DNA of 59,514 bases, the filler included. It is 4 parts of 4 records of this genome, joined end to end, with 100 filler letters (N's around TTAATTAATTAA, not from the genome) between each part and the next. Parts side by side here need not be neighbours in the genome. Positions count along the whole stretch, not along the records: positions 1 to 20,868 come from DRR723986_6446; 3 more parts are not named here. One strand, written 5' to 3'. This document shows positions 1 through 9,782 of this stretch, one piece after another. Position 1 is the stretch's first letter, and each line of letters starts with the position of its first letter. The notes under the pieces are model-generated. The model saw only the letters and a list, made by a program, of their open reading frames with translations. It had not been told where the DNA came from and ran no database searches. Made by a program: the position numbers and the translations under genes.

Positions 1-1
1 T

Positions 2-235
2 GTTGGCCCGCGCCCAATGCTGCCGGAACAATTGCCTATGTACGGCCCACCAGCGGCTTATTTCGCCATGCGCCCGGGGATCACTGGGGTTTGGCAGGTG
101 TCGGCCCGCAACGAAGATCACTTCTGCCTTCGGGCCAATCTGGATGAAACATACGCTCAAACCGTCAGTTTCTCTGGGGATGTCAAATTGCTGTATCGGA
201 CAGTTGGCGTTGTGATGCGCCAGACCGGATATTGA
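2..235 (+). CDS. Priming sugar transferase (undecaprenyl-phosphate glycosylphosphotransferase, WcaJ/WbaP-type), 5'-truncated by window edge
   Basis: Frame 2 reads VGPRPMLPEQ...RPGITGVWQVSAR...D..Y...S...D.K.L..T, the C-terminal Bac_transf signature. Confidence 0.9.
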   Translation, partial: VGPRPMLPEQLPMYGPPAAYFAMRPGITGVWQVSARNEDHFCLRANLDETYAQTVSFSGDVKLLYRTVGVVMRQTGY

Positions 236-294
236 GCCGTCGCTGGCGAAGATCGTAAAACGTATTTATTACTGAGTGGCTTAGGAGCCTGCAT

Positions 295-1233
295 ATGGCT
301 TATCATGACGCGAACCTCGTAACGGATGTTGCACCGGTCCCTTCGACCGAAGAATGGAAAGACCTTAAAGAGATGAGCGATCAGTCGCCGCGTCCCTTTC
401 GCCGCAAAGCGGCCCTGTTGGCCGAGGCCGACCTGACACCCGAACCAGAGGCAGACTCGGGTTCGGTTCCGGAACAGGTTACCGAAGTTGCAGAAACACT
501 GCCGCAGCTGCCTATGACCTTGCCAGAGCCATGGGAGCGCCTGCGCCGTGTTCCGTTTGGCGTGCGCAAGCATCTTCTGTCACGGGCTCCACTGGTCAAC
601 TTTTTTCGGGCGGATCCTGCTGCTAAGGCGTTTGATGTGCTGCGAACGCGGTTGTTACAGACCCTCAAGGCGCAAGGCTGGTCTCGTGTGGCAATTGCGG
701 CACCGACAAGCGGCTGTGGAACCACCTTTACCGCTGTAAACTTGGCGCTTAGCCTTGCCCGTGTCCCGGAAACCAGAACGGTCCTGATGGACATGAATAT
801 GCGCCATCCCGGTGTTGCTGCTGCACTTGATATCGACAGTGGGGGTCAAATGCGTCGCTTTCTAAAGGGCGACGTTGAAATGATCGATCATCTGGTGCGC
901 TGTAGTGATGGCATGGCGGTTGGGCTCAGCGAAGGCCACGTTTCTGACGCTGCCGAGCTGTTGCATGCGCAATTCAGTCACGAAGTTCTAGATGATATGA
1001 CGGACAGTCTAGAAGCAGATGTCGTGCTTTATGACATGCCGCCGGTTTTGGAACATGATGATCTGGTCGCTTTCACGTCGCAAGTCGATGGCATTCTGTT
1101 GGTTGCTGATGGCACCCAAACAACCGCCGCACAAATCCGCGCGTGTGAAGAGGCGTTTGGTTCAGACACGCCGCTGTTGGGCGTAATCCTGAACCGTGGA
1201 CGCGGCAGCGGTTTGGAAAACTACGCTTTCTGA
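295..1233 (+). CDS. CpsD/CapB-family (BY-kinase-like) polysaccharide biosynthesis protein with degenerate Walker motifs
   Basis: AFDVLRTRL, AAPTSGCGTTFTAVNLA, VLMDMNMRHP, VVLYDMPPVL, VDGILLV, LLGVILNR; EPS context. Confidence 0.85.
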   Translation: MAYHDANLVTDVAPVPSTEEWKDLKEMSDQSPRPFRRKAALLAEADLTPEPEADSGSVPEQVTEVAETLPQLPMTLPEPWERLRRVPFGVRKHLLSRAPLVNFFRADPAAKAFDVLRTRLLQTLKAQGWSRVAIAAPTSGCGTTFTAVNLALSLARVPETRTVLMDMNMRHPGVAAALDIDSGGQMRRFLKGDVEMIDHLVRCSDGMAVGLSEGHVSDAAELLHAQFSHEVLDDMTDSLEADVVLYDMPPVLEHDDLVAFTSQVDGILLVADGTQTTAAQIRACEEAFGSDTPLLGVILNRGRGSGLENYAF

Positions 1234-1363
1234 AACGGGCTTGTGACGTAGATCCGCCTTAGTTTTGCCGACAAACGGTGGTAGTGTCCTGTTGAGCGGC
1301 CCTGAAATAGGGCGATTTGAGCAAAAAACAGGGCATAATGCCCGACGTGTTGGAACGAAGCAC

Positions 1364-2647
1364 ATGGGTTCAATTTTTTCTCTGGATGACTTTCTGGATA
1401 TGACGCGCCGGCGGGCGCGCATCATCTTTGTGCTTATCGTTTTGGGGACACTGGCATCGTTGGGTTTGGCGCTCAGCCAAACACACGAATATGAATCCAC
1501 TGAAGTGATTCAGATCGTGCAGCCCAAAATCGCGGATGATTATGCGAAATCTACGGTTGATGGATCTTCGGCGCGTCGGCTTCAAATGATTCAGCAACGA
1601 TTGATGGCCCGTGACATGGTGCTCGAAATCGCAGGACGCTTGGGCGTTTTTGCTGATCAACCAGCAAAACGGGATGCTGAAAAGGTCTCAATCATTCGAG
1701 AAGCCGTCCAGATCGAAGGCGTGGCTGCTGCCCGCGACGGCTACACAGATGACGGCACAATCTCTGTTTTGACAATCACGGCACGGATGCCAACGCCGGA
1801 ACTTGCGCAATTGCTGGCCCACGAATTCGGAACGCGCACGATAGAGCTCAGTAAGCAAAGTAGGCGTGAGAAAGCCCACGAAACACTCGCGTTTTTTCAG
1901 GCACAGGAACAAACGCTCGCGGGCGAAATTGGCGCGCTGGAAGATGAAATTACAAAATACCGGAACGACAACAATTTGTCTTTACCCGGAAGCGTCGTGT
2001 TTCGACGTGAAGAGATTGCGACGATAAATTCAGGTCTTCTCGAAATCGCCCGAGAACGCATCGAAGTCGAACGCGGGATGGAGCTTGCTGAAAAAAACGA
2101 GCGACGTGCAACGGCCGACCGCTTACGCGAGGAGTTCCAAGAAAAGCTTGCAACGCTGGATGCCCAAACAGATTTGTTGGTGGCAAAGAAACGTGAGCTA
2201 GAGCAGTTGATCGAATCCAGCCCCGGGATCGAGCGGCGCTTGGCAAGCTATGACCGTCGTTTGACGCAGATGCGTGATGAAATGGAACGCATCGCGAGTC
2301 GCCGCACGGATGCCGAACTTGGTCTGCGTCTCGAAGATGATCTTCAGGCCGAACGGCTGACAGTGATCGAAGTCGCAGCCACGCCAGATTATCCCGTGAC
2401 CGAGAGCCGTAAGAAAAAGGCCGTCGTTGGTGTCGGAGTGAGCGTCATCGCAGCCTTTGTTTTTGCGTTTCTTTTGGACATGCGAAACCCGGTGCTGCGG
2501 TCGTCGGCACAAGTTGAGCGGGAACTTGGGTTTAAACCTGTTGTGACAGTGCCTTATCTAGACACAGGGGGCCGCAAGAAATCGCTCTGGGATCGCATTG
2601 GGCAGTTATTCTCGCGCAAACCCCACGGGTCGGCACCCACGGATTGA
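1364..2647 (+). CDS. Polysaccharide co-polymerase / chain-length determinant (GumC/Wzc N-terminal-like)
   Basis: Two TM segments flanking a coiled-coil periplasmic region; proline motif before TM2; C-terminal ERELGFKPVVTVPYL. ATG 1364 preferred over the ORF-track start 1265. Confidence 0.85.
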   Translation: MGSIFSLDDFLDMTRRRARIIFVLIVLGTLASLGLALSQTHEYESTEVIQIVQPKIADDYAKSTVDGSSARRLQMIQQRLMARDMVLEIAGRLGVFADQPAKRDAEKVSIIREAVQIEGVAAARDGYTDDGTISVLTITARMPTPELAQLLAHEFGTRTIELSKQSRREKAHETLAFFQAQEQTLAGEIGALEDEITKYRNDNNLSLPGSVVFRREEIATINSGLLEIARERIEVERGMELAEKNERRATADRLREEFQEKLATLDAQTDLLVAKKRELEQLIESSPGIERRLASYDRRLTQMRDEMERIASRRTDAELGLRLEDDLQAERLTVIEVAATPDYPVTESRKKKAVVGVGVSVIAAFVFAFLLDMRNPVLRSSAQVERELGFKPVVTVPYLDTGGRKKSLWDRIGQLFSRKPHGSAPTD

Positions 2648-2650
2648 TCA

Positions 2651-4009
2651 TTACAGTTGCGAGATCAGGCTGGCCTTATCCCAATGCAAGGCCATGACCG
2701 ATGCCGCAAAAACAGCAAGTGTGATGACTGCAATCAGATCGTGAAGCGGCCCCCAGGCATGGTGTTTGCGCGCAAGCCAAACCTGAACCGGATAGACCAA
2801 AAACGGCACAACCCCGAGTGCCAGAATGGCGCCGATCAATCCAAACTGAGTAATTCCAATTAGGATCGCCGAGATCTGCAAGCTCGCCCGGATCAGGTTC
2901 AATATGAAAAAGGACCGTCCGTCTCCGGCTGCGAGGGCGGCCTGATCATAGGCCATGCCAATGACTTGCGGAATAAGCGCAAGTGAAACCAGCGTTACGA
3001 TCGGGCCAGACAAAAGATACCTATCATCATACATGAACGCGACAAGAGCTGGCCCAACAAAGGCCATGACCAGCAGCATCCCGGCGATGAGCGATGTCAT
3101 CCCAACGCGCATGACTTGGTGTTTGCGCTGGTTCTCCGGGCTCTTAAACGCAGGTTTGTCGCGGTATATCGGAATGGCGATCCGCTGATTGATCGCAAAT
3201 CCTAACATGCTTGGAAAACTGCCAAGGAAAAACCCAATATTGTAGAGCCCCAACATTTCAAGCGACAAGAACCGACCCAGAATGGCGCGGTCGCCCTGAC
3301 TGATAAGAAAGGCCAGACCGGTGCTGAGAAAGATCCATTTCCCAAAATGGGCCAACTCAGCGGCGGCCTCTTTCTCCCACCGAAACTTATTGCGCGCTCC
3401 GGGTAGGAAAAAATGGGTCAGGACAAGTTTCGCAACCTCTTGCAGGACGCTGCCAAGAACCAATGACATGATAGATTGGGTCATCACGGCCATGACAATC
3501 ATGAACGCCAAACCCAGCACTTGGCTGATCAGATCCAGAATCGTCAGGCGCCCGATCAAAAGATGTCTGTTTGCGGTTTCGATCCGGGTTGGATTGAAAC
3601 CAGAAACCAGCAAGGCAACAGCAGCAATGGGCAAATATGTGTTCAAGTCTGGTTCTGAATAAAACTGCGCAACGGGTCCAGCCACAAGGCAGGCGATGGC
3701 AAACAAGGCCACACCGCGTATGACTTGGATCGTCCACGCCGTATTTAGGAAATCTGGATCATCGCCGCGCTTGCTTTGGGCGATCGACGGGGAAATGCCG
3801 ACATCGGAAAACAGCATCAACCCAACGGTCACGACGCTGACCAAGGCCATCAAACCAAAGGCTTCCGGAAACAGCAGGCGCGTTAAGATCAGGTTGGAGG
3901 CCAGCCTAAGCGCCTGACTGCCGCCATATCCGATAAGGACCCAAGAGGTGCTGCGCAGAACGCGTGCAAATAAACCAGAGCCACTAAAGGCTGCAGCCAG
4001 TCGGGTCAT
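2651..4009 (-). CDS. Wzx-type oligosaccharide flippase
   Basis: Highly hydrophobic 452 aa; LTRLLFPEAFGLMALV, FSDVG, DRAILGRFL..LGLY motifs of the polysaccharide transporter family. Confidence 0.9.
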   Translation of the reverse strand: MTRLAAAFSGSGLFARVLRSTSWVLIGYGGSQALRLASNLILTRLLFPEAFGLMALVSVVTVGLMLFSDVGISPSIAQSKRGDDPDFLNTAWTIQVIRGVALFAIACLVAGPVAQFYSEPDLNTYLPIAAVALLVSGFNPTRIETANRHLLIGRLTILDLISQVLGLAFMIVMAVMTQSIMSLVLGSVLQEVAKLVLTHFFLPGARNKFRWEKEAAAELAHFGKWIFLSTGLAFLISQGDRAILGRFLSLEMLGLYNIGFFLGSFPSMLGFAINQRIAIPIYRDKPAFKSPENQRKHQVMRVGMTSLIAGMLLVMAFVGPALVAFMYDDRYLLSGPIVTLVSLALIPQVIGMAYDQAALAAGDGRSFFILNLIRASLQISAILIGITQFGLIGAILALGVVPFLVYPVQVWLARKHHAWGPLHDLIAVITLAVFAASVMALHWDKASLISQL

Positions 4010-4179
4010 GTCGATTTCCGTTCATCATACCCAAGGGGCAGGGCCAAGCGAGGCCAGCCTATGCGCTGGTTCCAATAGGGTCAATCAAAGCCAAAGGTGA
4101 CATTTCAAACAGCTGCCGCTTTTCAGGTGGGGTTCAACGCGATAGGTGTATTGAAATTCCGCTTCACGGGGATGTTGAT

Positions 4180-5412
4180 GTGAAAATCGCTTATGTATTG
4201 AATACTTACCCACAGCCATCGCACAGCTTTATCCGTCGTGAGTTGCTGGCGTTAGAACGCCAAGGATGTGAGGTTTCCCGGTTTGCAATGCGCAGGTCTG
4301 CGGCGGATTTGGTCGATCGACAAGATCAGGTTGAGGCGGACAGAACAGATTATATCTTGGACCGGGGCGCACTGGGATTGATGATGGGGTTGGTGCGATC
4401 TGCACTGCGCCGCCCGGGGGCTTTTTGGAAAGGCGCAAAGATGGCATTTCGCTGTGGTCGGGCGTCCCCAACCGGCGTATTGCGTCACGTCATCTATCTG
4501 GCCGAGGCGGTCGATGTCGCCCAACGTGCTAAGGCTGCTGAGATATCGCATCTGCATGCCCACTTTGGCACCAATGCGGCGACGGTGGCGATGCTTGCGC
4601 ATGTGCTGGGCGGGCCGGGGTATTCCTTTACAGTCCACGGCCCCGAAGAATTTGATGCACCGGCCGCACTGTCCTTGGGGCGGAAATTGGACATGGCCAA
4701 ATTCGCCGTCGGGGTCAGTCAATTTGGGCGCAGCCAACTCAGCCGATGGGCAAAGTTTGAGTCCTGGAAACACTTGCAAGTGGTGCATTGTGGGATTGAA
4801 CCACAAGCCTTTGCCGTGACCCAATCGATGCCTGCCGGTACGTTGCATCTGGTGTCGATTGGGCGGTTCGTCGAACAAAAAGGGCAAATGGTTCTGATCC
4901 ATGCCTTGGCGCGGTTACGGAAAACACACCCTCATATCCACCTCACATTGGTTGGAGACGGCGAAATGCGCCCGGATCTGGAGCAGGCCATAGCCGAACT
5001 GGATCTGGGGAAAATGGTGACGCTGACAGGATGGCTTGACGAGGCGGGTGTACGGTCCGCTTTGGGATCGGCACATGTTCTTGTCATGCCTAGCTTTGCC
5101 GAAGGTTTGCCAATGGTCGTGATGGAGGCCATGGCCGCCGCCCGCCCTGTCATTGCGACCTACATTGCGGGAACGCCAGAGTTGGTCGTGGACGGTGAAA
5201 CCGGCTGGCTCGTCCCCGCAGGGGATGCGCAGGCTTTGGCGATTGCGATTGAACGGGCCGAACATACGCCGCGGGCTGAGCTTGATCAGATGGGGCAAAA
5301 GGGGCGTCTGCGCGTGTTAGAGCGTCACGACATTGATCGCGAAGCGACCAAACTGGCGACCCATTTTCGAGCGGCGATTACTGAGTGCTCATCGCCCACG
5401 AGCCCAGCGTGA
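4180..5412 (+). CDS. Glycosyltransferase family 4 (WcaL-like)
   Basis: KIAYVLNTYP..SHSFI.RE, HLHAHFG, SIGRFVEQKG, PSFAEGLPMVVMEAMA (EX7E motif). Confidence 0.93.
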   Translation: MKIAYVLNTYPQPSHSFIRRELLALERQGCEVSRFAMRRSAADLVDRQDQVEADRTDYILDRGALGLMMGLVRSALRRPGAFWKGAKMAFRCGRASPTGVLRHVIYLAEAVDVAQRAKAAEISHLHAHFGTNAATVAMLAHVLGGPGYSFTVHGPEEFDAPAALSLGRKLDMAKFAVGVSQFGRSQLSRWAKFESWKHLQVVHCGIEPQAFAVTQSMPAGTLHLVSIGRFVEQKGQMVLIHALARLRKTHPHIHLTLVGDGEMRPDLEQAIAELDLGKMVTLTGWLDEAGVRSALGSAHVLVMPSFAEGLPMVVMEAMAAARPVIATYIAGTPELVVDGETGWLVPAGDAQALAIAIERAEHTPRAELDQMGQKGRLRVLERHDIDREATKLATHFRAAITECSSPTSPA

Positions 5413-6234
5413 TTTATCTCTGAACAACGGGGTTTTCACGGCGAGACTGACGGTCACATACATGGCGAACCCTATGGGATCGCATATCAACCGGCTTAGT
5501 TTTCCACTCAAAGGAACGCCGGGCGTATCATCGTTTCGCATCAGCTCTGGAAATTCGCACCTGATTTCGTCCACACCTGCGTTTTGGCGACGGCGCACTT
5601 TGACCAGATTGGCAAAGCCTTCGACCATTGGCCAAGTATATCCCGCTGCAACACGTATCCGCTCTGTCGGCGCAAAGCTGAGACGCACATAGGTGTCATC
5701 GGAAATGATGTCCGGCCAATCCTGCCACCGCGCGCGCCCTGTTGCGTTCACCGCGAACAGTCCAAAACCGGGAACGCCAGTGGTGACAAAGGGAAGTGTG
5801 GTCCAACACCGGGCATAGGCCCGTGTGATCCAGCTCGATGCGCGACTGACGCGCGGCGATCCACTGGCGTAGAGCGGCTGATCCCCTGAAAGTGCCACAA
5901 CAATCTGCGGCAATAGGTCAGGATCGGTTTGCACGTCTGCATCCAGATAAGCGCGGATTGTTCCCGTGGCCGTCGCGTCACCGGCTTGCAGTGCGCCCAG
6001 CTTTCCCCCTTGTTCAAGATCCAGCACCGTCCAGCCCCAACCCAAAACTGAGGCGGAATCTCGAAAGCCATTCGCCAGTTCGACCGTTGCGTCGCTGCAT
6101 CCGTTTGCGACAACGATGACTTCGGTATGCCACCCAGCGGGCAGCGGGGCAGAGGCCAGCAAAGCCCGCGCGCAGTCTTGGATATAGTCTGCCTCGTTAT
6201 GGGCGGGCAGGATCACGCTCAGGGTTTGACTCAT
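5389..6234 (-). CDS. Glycosyltransferase family 2
   Basis: SVILPAHNEA, VVANGCSDAT, YLDADV (DxD), IISDD. Confidence 0.92.
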   Translation of the reverse strand: MSQTLSVILPAHNEADYIQDCARALLASAPLPAGWHTEVIVVANGCSDATVELANGFRDSASVLGWGWTVLDLEQGGKLGALQAGDATATGTIRAYLDADVQTDPDLLPQIVVALSGDQPLYASGSPRVSRASSWITRAYARCWTTLPFVTTGVPGFGLFAVNATGRARWQDWPDIISDDTYVRLSFAPTERIRVAAGYTWPMVEGFANLVKVRRRQNAGVDEIRCEFPELMRNDDTPGVPLSGKLSRLICDPIGFAMYVTVSLAVKTPLFRDKSRWARGR

Positions 6235-8786
6235 TTAAAGCTATCCAACACATCCCAACGGGGATTTTGGTCGCTGAGGAACCGCAGGTGTCCCCAGCTG
6301 CCCCATTTGTTGGCCGGGTATACATCCGCATAAGCGTTGAACAGTTTGCCACCGATGGCATGCCAGCCCTGGATCAGCTCTTTGTACAGCTCGCCCATTT
6401 CCGGGGTATAGTTGAGGTGAGTAAGAAAGGCGGTCAGTTCATCGTCATCTACGGGCGGTCCGATGCCCACCACGTGGCTGCCACCTTCGTACATAATCAG
6501 GTCTAAATCGTACTGTTCTGCGATTTGGGCATGATAGGGTAAGCGCTCGGTCAGGTTGTGCGCTAGCGTATCCACGTTCTCGCCGCTGGTTGCGCCATCA
6601 CGCAATTCCGCCCACGCTTGGATGGTGGCCAGATCAAAGCGATGGTCTGTAACGTATTGCTCATACGAAGTCCCGGACAGCCCTTTGGCCTCGGCTTGTT
6701 GCTGCGCGGCTTCCAGACTGTCGTTGAGCCAGCGCTTGACCATCGGTTGGCGGGCCTCTGCCCCCAACAGGGCGCTGAAATACCCCGTGACTGCGTAGGC
6801 ATCAAAATAGGTCGCCGGGGCTTTGTTCTCTGGGCTTTCGTCCAGCCAAGGGGAGGCATTCAAAATTTGATCTTCTAAACCCTGCCACCCGGTTTGCGTC
6901 GAAATCACTTTGACCAAGCGATCACCGGCTTGATCACCATAAACCTCGGACCATATTTCAGCCATTTCCATGGCGCGCACGGCGTAATACGAAACCCAGA
7001 GGTTGTCTTGCTTCCATCGCGCTTGGGCTTGCTTCTCGGCCCACGCAGCCTGTAGGAATTGCCAGTTCCACACTTCGTTTGAGAATTCGACATAGGCTTT
7101 TTGCTCGATCCAGAGCGTGTCGCGTACATAGGTGGCGAATTCCCGCATATATGTGTCATCGGCCAGATGGGGCATGTTAAACCAGCCATCGGCTCCGGTG
7201 CGGTTCAGCAGCTCGACCATGATTTCCATGGGAACGCCATGACGGGCATAGGTGTAATCATTTGGTTTCGGGCGATTGTTCCAAGCGGATTGTGTTGAAT
7301 CGTTGGTTTCCATCCAATCCATGAAACGAAACGCGGAAAACCCCTGCATCCTATCCAGCCACAGCGGGTTGAATATCGCACCCGCATCGTAGGCCGCGAT
7401 ATGATCCAGTTTGACCACCGAAATATTGCGCACATAGTCGTCGCCCAGCTGGGTGCGTTGGATACGCAGATCCACACCACCAAGACCGGGTTCATAGTCA
7501 AACTCTACAAAATTCTTGCCATATCGTACGTTTTCGGCCCGGCCAGACACCTCGATAACGCCCTTGCCCTCGTAACGTAGACGATAGCGCCCCGCCAAAG
7601 ACACAGCTTTGGGTGAGATATCTGTAAGGATCAGCGTACCGATGGATCCGAGTTCGGGTGGAATGGCGACAGGCCAGCCGTTGGCATCCAGATAATCAGC
7701 CGCAGCCAGATCATCATGACCCGCCCCCCCCCATTGGCCAGCTTTGTGCCCAATCCAAGGGCGTGCGGTTTTGAATACGTCCAAAAACGGTTGCTGCACG
7801 GACCAGTCAGCGACTCCGGCCAAGCCAATCGCCATTGGAACCTTGGCATCTGGTGCAAGAGGGGGGGCAAAGCTTTCGGTTAAGGTCTGAGGGAGCGAGG
7901 GAGCTGGATGTAGCTCCTGATCAGGTTCAGCAACCTCCTGAGGGGACGGTGCTGGTGTCGCTGCAGTCGTGCGAACCAGCTGAACCGGGTGAGCAGCGTA
8001 ATAGTTTGAAACCGCGTCCCACGCGATTTCTTGCAGGCGTTGGGCTTGCAGAGGGTTCAGCGCTTTGAATGGCTGGCCCCACGGGTCCCTAAGGCGCCGC
8101 TTTACCCCTTTGGGGGATTCCCCTGCGACAGCCGCATATTGGACCATTGTCAGATAGTAGAACCCATAATCATTGGGGTGTATGTCATCGAAAAAGAACT
8201 GATCGATCCGATTGAACCCGGGCACTGACCCATTGGCAATTTCGTCCGTTAATCTGGCGATGGCTTGACCTGCTGGCAACAGGCGCATCGGCTCACCCTG
8301 TTCTGATCGGTTGGCGTTGACCCCATCCACAACAGATTGCCACAGCGCCAGATCCTGATCTAACCGGTCGCGCCAAGGGATGTCAGCAGCAGCGTCAAAT
8401 TCAGTGGACAACCCGCTGCCAGATCGCAGATCGTGCCATGTTTCCTGTAAGAATACGCGCGCATCCGGGTTAGATTGCACAGCCAGATCATAGTACCGCG
8501 TCGCGTTACCGATGGTGTCGCTGTATTCGATATGATTGGCAAGCGGGATGGCCTCGGTCAGGATGACGGCGTTGTATCCGCCGGTTGCCAGCGCCTCGCG
8601 TGCGTTCATGCCTTGGGCTGTTTCGCCATTGTCCCAATTATACCCCAGCGGCGAGCCGTTGATGATCTGCATCCCCACGGTGATGCCCCGGTCGCCAAGT
8701 GCGCTGGCAAACATGTCTGGGTTGGTTGGACCAAATAGGCTGTGACCGATGAAAAACACACCCGTTAGGGTGGAAAGCCAGCTCAT
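6231..8786 (-). CDS. Two-domain protein: N-terminal SGNH/GDSL-like domain, Pro/Ala-rich linker, C-terminal putative glycoside-hydrolase-like domain
   Basis: FIGHSL...DDIHP in the N-terminal third; TTAATPAPSP linker; C-terminal RFMDW, YVEFSNEVWN and YEGG motifs. Overlaps both neighbours by 4 nt. Function inferred. Confidence 0.6.
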   Translation of the reverse strand: MSWLSTLTGVFFIGHSLFGPTNPDMFASALGDRGITVGMQIINGSPLGYNWDNGETAQGMNAREALATGGYNAVILTEAIPLANHIEYSDTIGNATRYYDLAVQSNPDARVFLQETWHDLRSGSGLSTEFDAAADIPWRDRLDQDLALWQSVVDGVNANRSEQGEPMRLLPAGQAIARLTDEIANGSVPGFNRIDQFFFDDIHPNDYGFYYLTMVQYAAVAGESPKGVKRRLRDPWGQPFKALNPLQAQRLQEIAWDAVSNYYAAHPVQLVRTTAATPAPSPQEVAEPDQELHPAPSLPQTLTESFAPPLAPDAKVPMAIGLAGVADWSVQQPFLDVFKTARPWIGHKAGQWGGAGHDDLAAADYLDANGWPVAIPPELGSIGTLILTDISPKAVSLAGRYRLRYEGKGVIEVSGRAENVRYGKNFVEFDYEPGLGGVDLRIQRTQLGDDYVRNISVVKLDHIAAYDAGAIFNPLWLDRMQGFSAFRFMDWMETNDSTQSAWNNRPKPNDYTYARHGVPMEIMVELLNRTGADGWFNMPHLADDTYMREFATYVRDTLWIEQKAYVEFSNEVWNWQFLQAAWAEKQAQARWKQDNLWVSYYAVRAMEMAEIWSEVYGDQAGDRLVKVISTQTGWQGLEDQILNASPWLDESPENKAPATYFDAYAVTGYFSALLGAEARQPMVKRWLNDSLEAAQQQAEAKGLSGTSYEQYVTDHRFDLATIQAWAELRDGATSGENVDTLAHNLTERLPYHAQIAEQYDLDLIMYEGGSHVVGIGPPVDDDELTAFLTHLNYTPEMGELYKELIQGWHAIGGKLFNAYADVYPANKWGSWGHLRFLSDQNPRWDVLDSFK

Positions 8787-9724
8787 TGAGGAATCCCCGT
8801 CTTTGGATAGGAGGTGACCGTGGACCAGACCGTCGCTTGCATCAAGTGCGCAGTGTTGGCTGGGACAGCGTTTGCGTTTGTACCATCGGCACGCAGCAGT
8901 TCATAGGGCAACCCAACCGGAGAGCGTTGATAAAGCACAGCATAATGCGTCAAGGCGACGAGGTAGTTGCCAATATCGCTGAGGTGGATCGGATCAACCT
9001 CGCCTGTCTCGGTGCGCCCAAACAGATCCTCGCGGCTGGAGAGGCCGGGAATGCCGCCCTGTGCATCCACGTGCTCGATCAACCGTGCCATGACTTGACC
9101 TGCGGGGATCACATAGATGGGGCGATTGGGGGCATTCTTCAGATCCGGGAGCAGGACTTCTTTCTCCCACAACGCACTGAGGTCGGCGTTGACCCGGGGC
9201 AACCATCCCTGTGGATCGTCCAATCGAGGCCAGGTTTCGTACAGAAAAACTTGGGTATCCGTCGACGATTTACGCGCCAGTTCAGCCCATTTGGAAAGGT
9301 ATTTCGCACTCTGATGATACCGGATCGCAGCGCGCAGATCGACCATTTCGGTCAGGATCACCGCATCATATTCGCCTGATCCGATTGCCTCGGTCGCGGG
9401 GCGAAAATGAGGGTGGGCATTTTCGGTCTCAAACCCTGAAATGGGCACGTCGGGATACCAATGTTCTCGCAAAGAGGTGCCCCAGCCCAGCTGACTGTCA
9501 TAGCGGTGATCGGACCCCGCCAACTGCGCCAGCATGGCAGGGATGTCGCGGCCCACAAGGCTGTGGCCCAGATGATAAACCTTGAGAGGGCCGTGTGGCA
9601 TGGCCGCGGGGGCGGCATATGCGATGGTGATATTTTGCGCCTCAAGGAGGCCCTTGGGCAAAGCCCACCATATCGCCATGCCCAAAAGGAAGAGGACCGG
9701 TAACATCAGTAGAATTGCACGCAT
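8783..9724 (-). CDS. Membrane-anchored SGNH/GDSL-like protein (paralog of the N-domain of the downstream gene)
   Basis: N-terminal TM helix (MRAILLMLPVLFLLGMAIWWAL), HLGHSL, YDAVILTE, FLYETW, PAGQ, DPIHL; ATG 9724 has AGGA upstream. Confidence 0.6.
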   Translation of the reverse strand: MRAILLMLPVLFLLGMAIWWALPKGLLEAQNITIAYAAPAAMPHGPLKVYHLGHSLVGRDIPAMLAQLAGSDHRYDSQLGWGTSLREHWYPDVPISGFETENAHPHFRPATEAIGSGEYDAVILTEMVDLRAAIRYHQSAKYLSKWAELARKSSTDTQVFLYETWPRLDDPQGWLPRVNADLSALWEKEVLLPDLKNAPNRPIYVIPAGQVMARLIEHVDAQGGIPGLSSREDLFGRTETGEVDPIHLSDIGNYLVALTHYAVLYQRSPVGLPYELLRADGTNANAVPANTAHLMQATVWSTVTSYPKTGIPQ

Positions 9725-9782
9725 TCCTGATCCTTTCGGCGGGTCCTCTTCGTTGGGTGGTCCGGTTACTGTCGTCTCGTAG

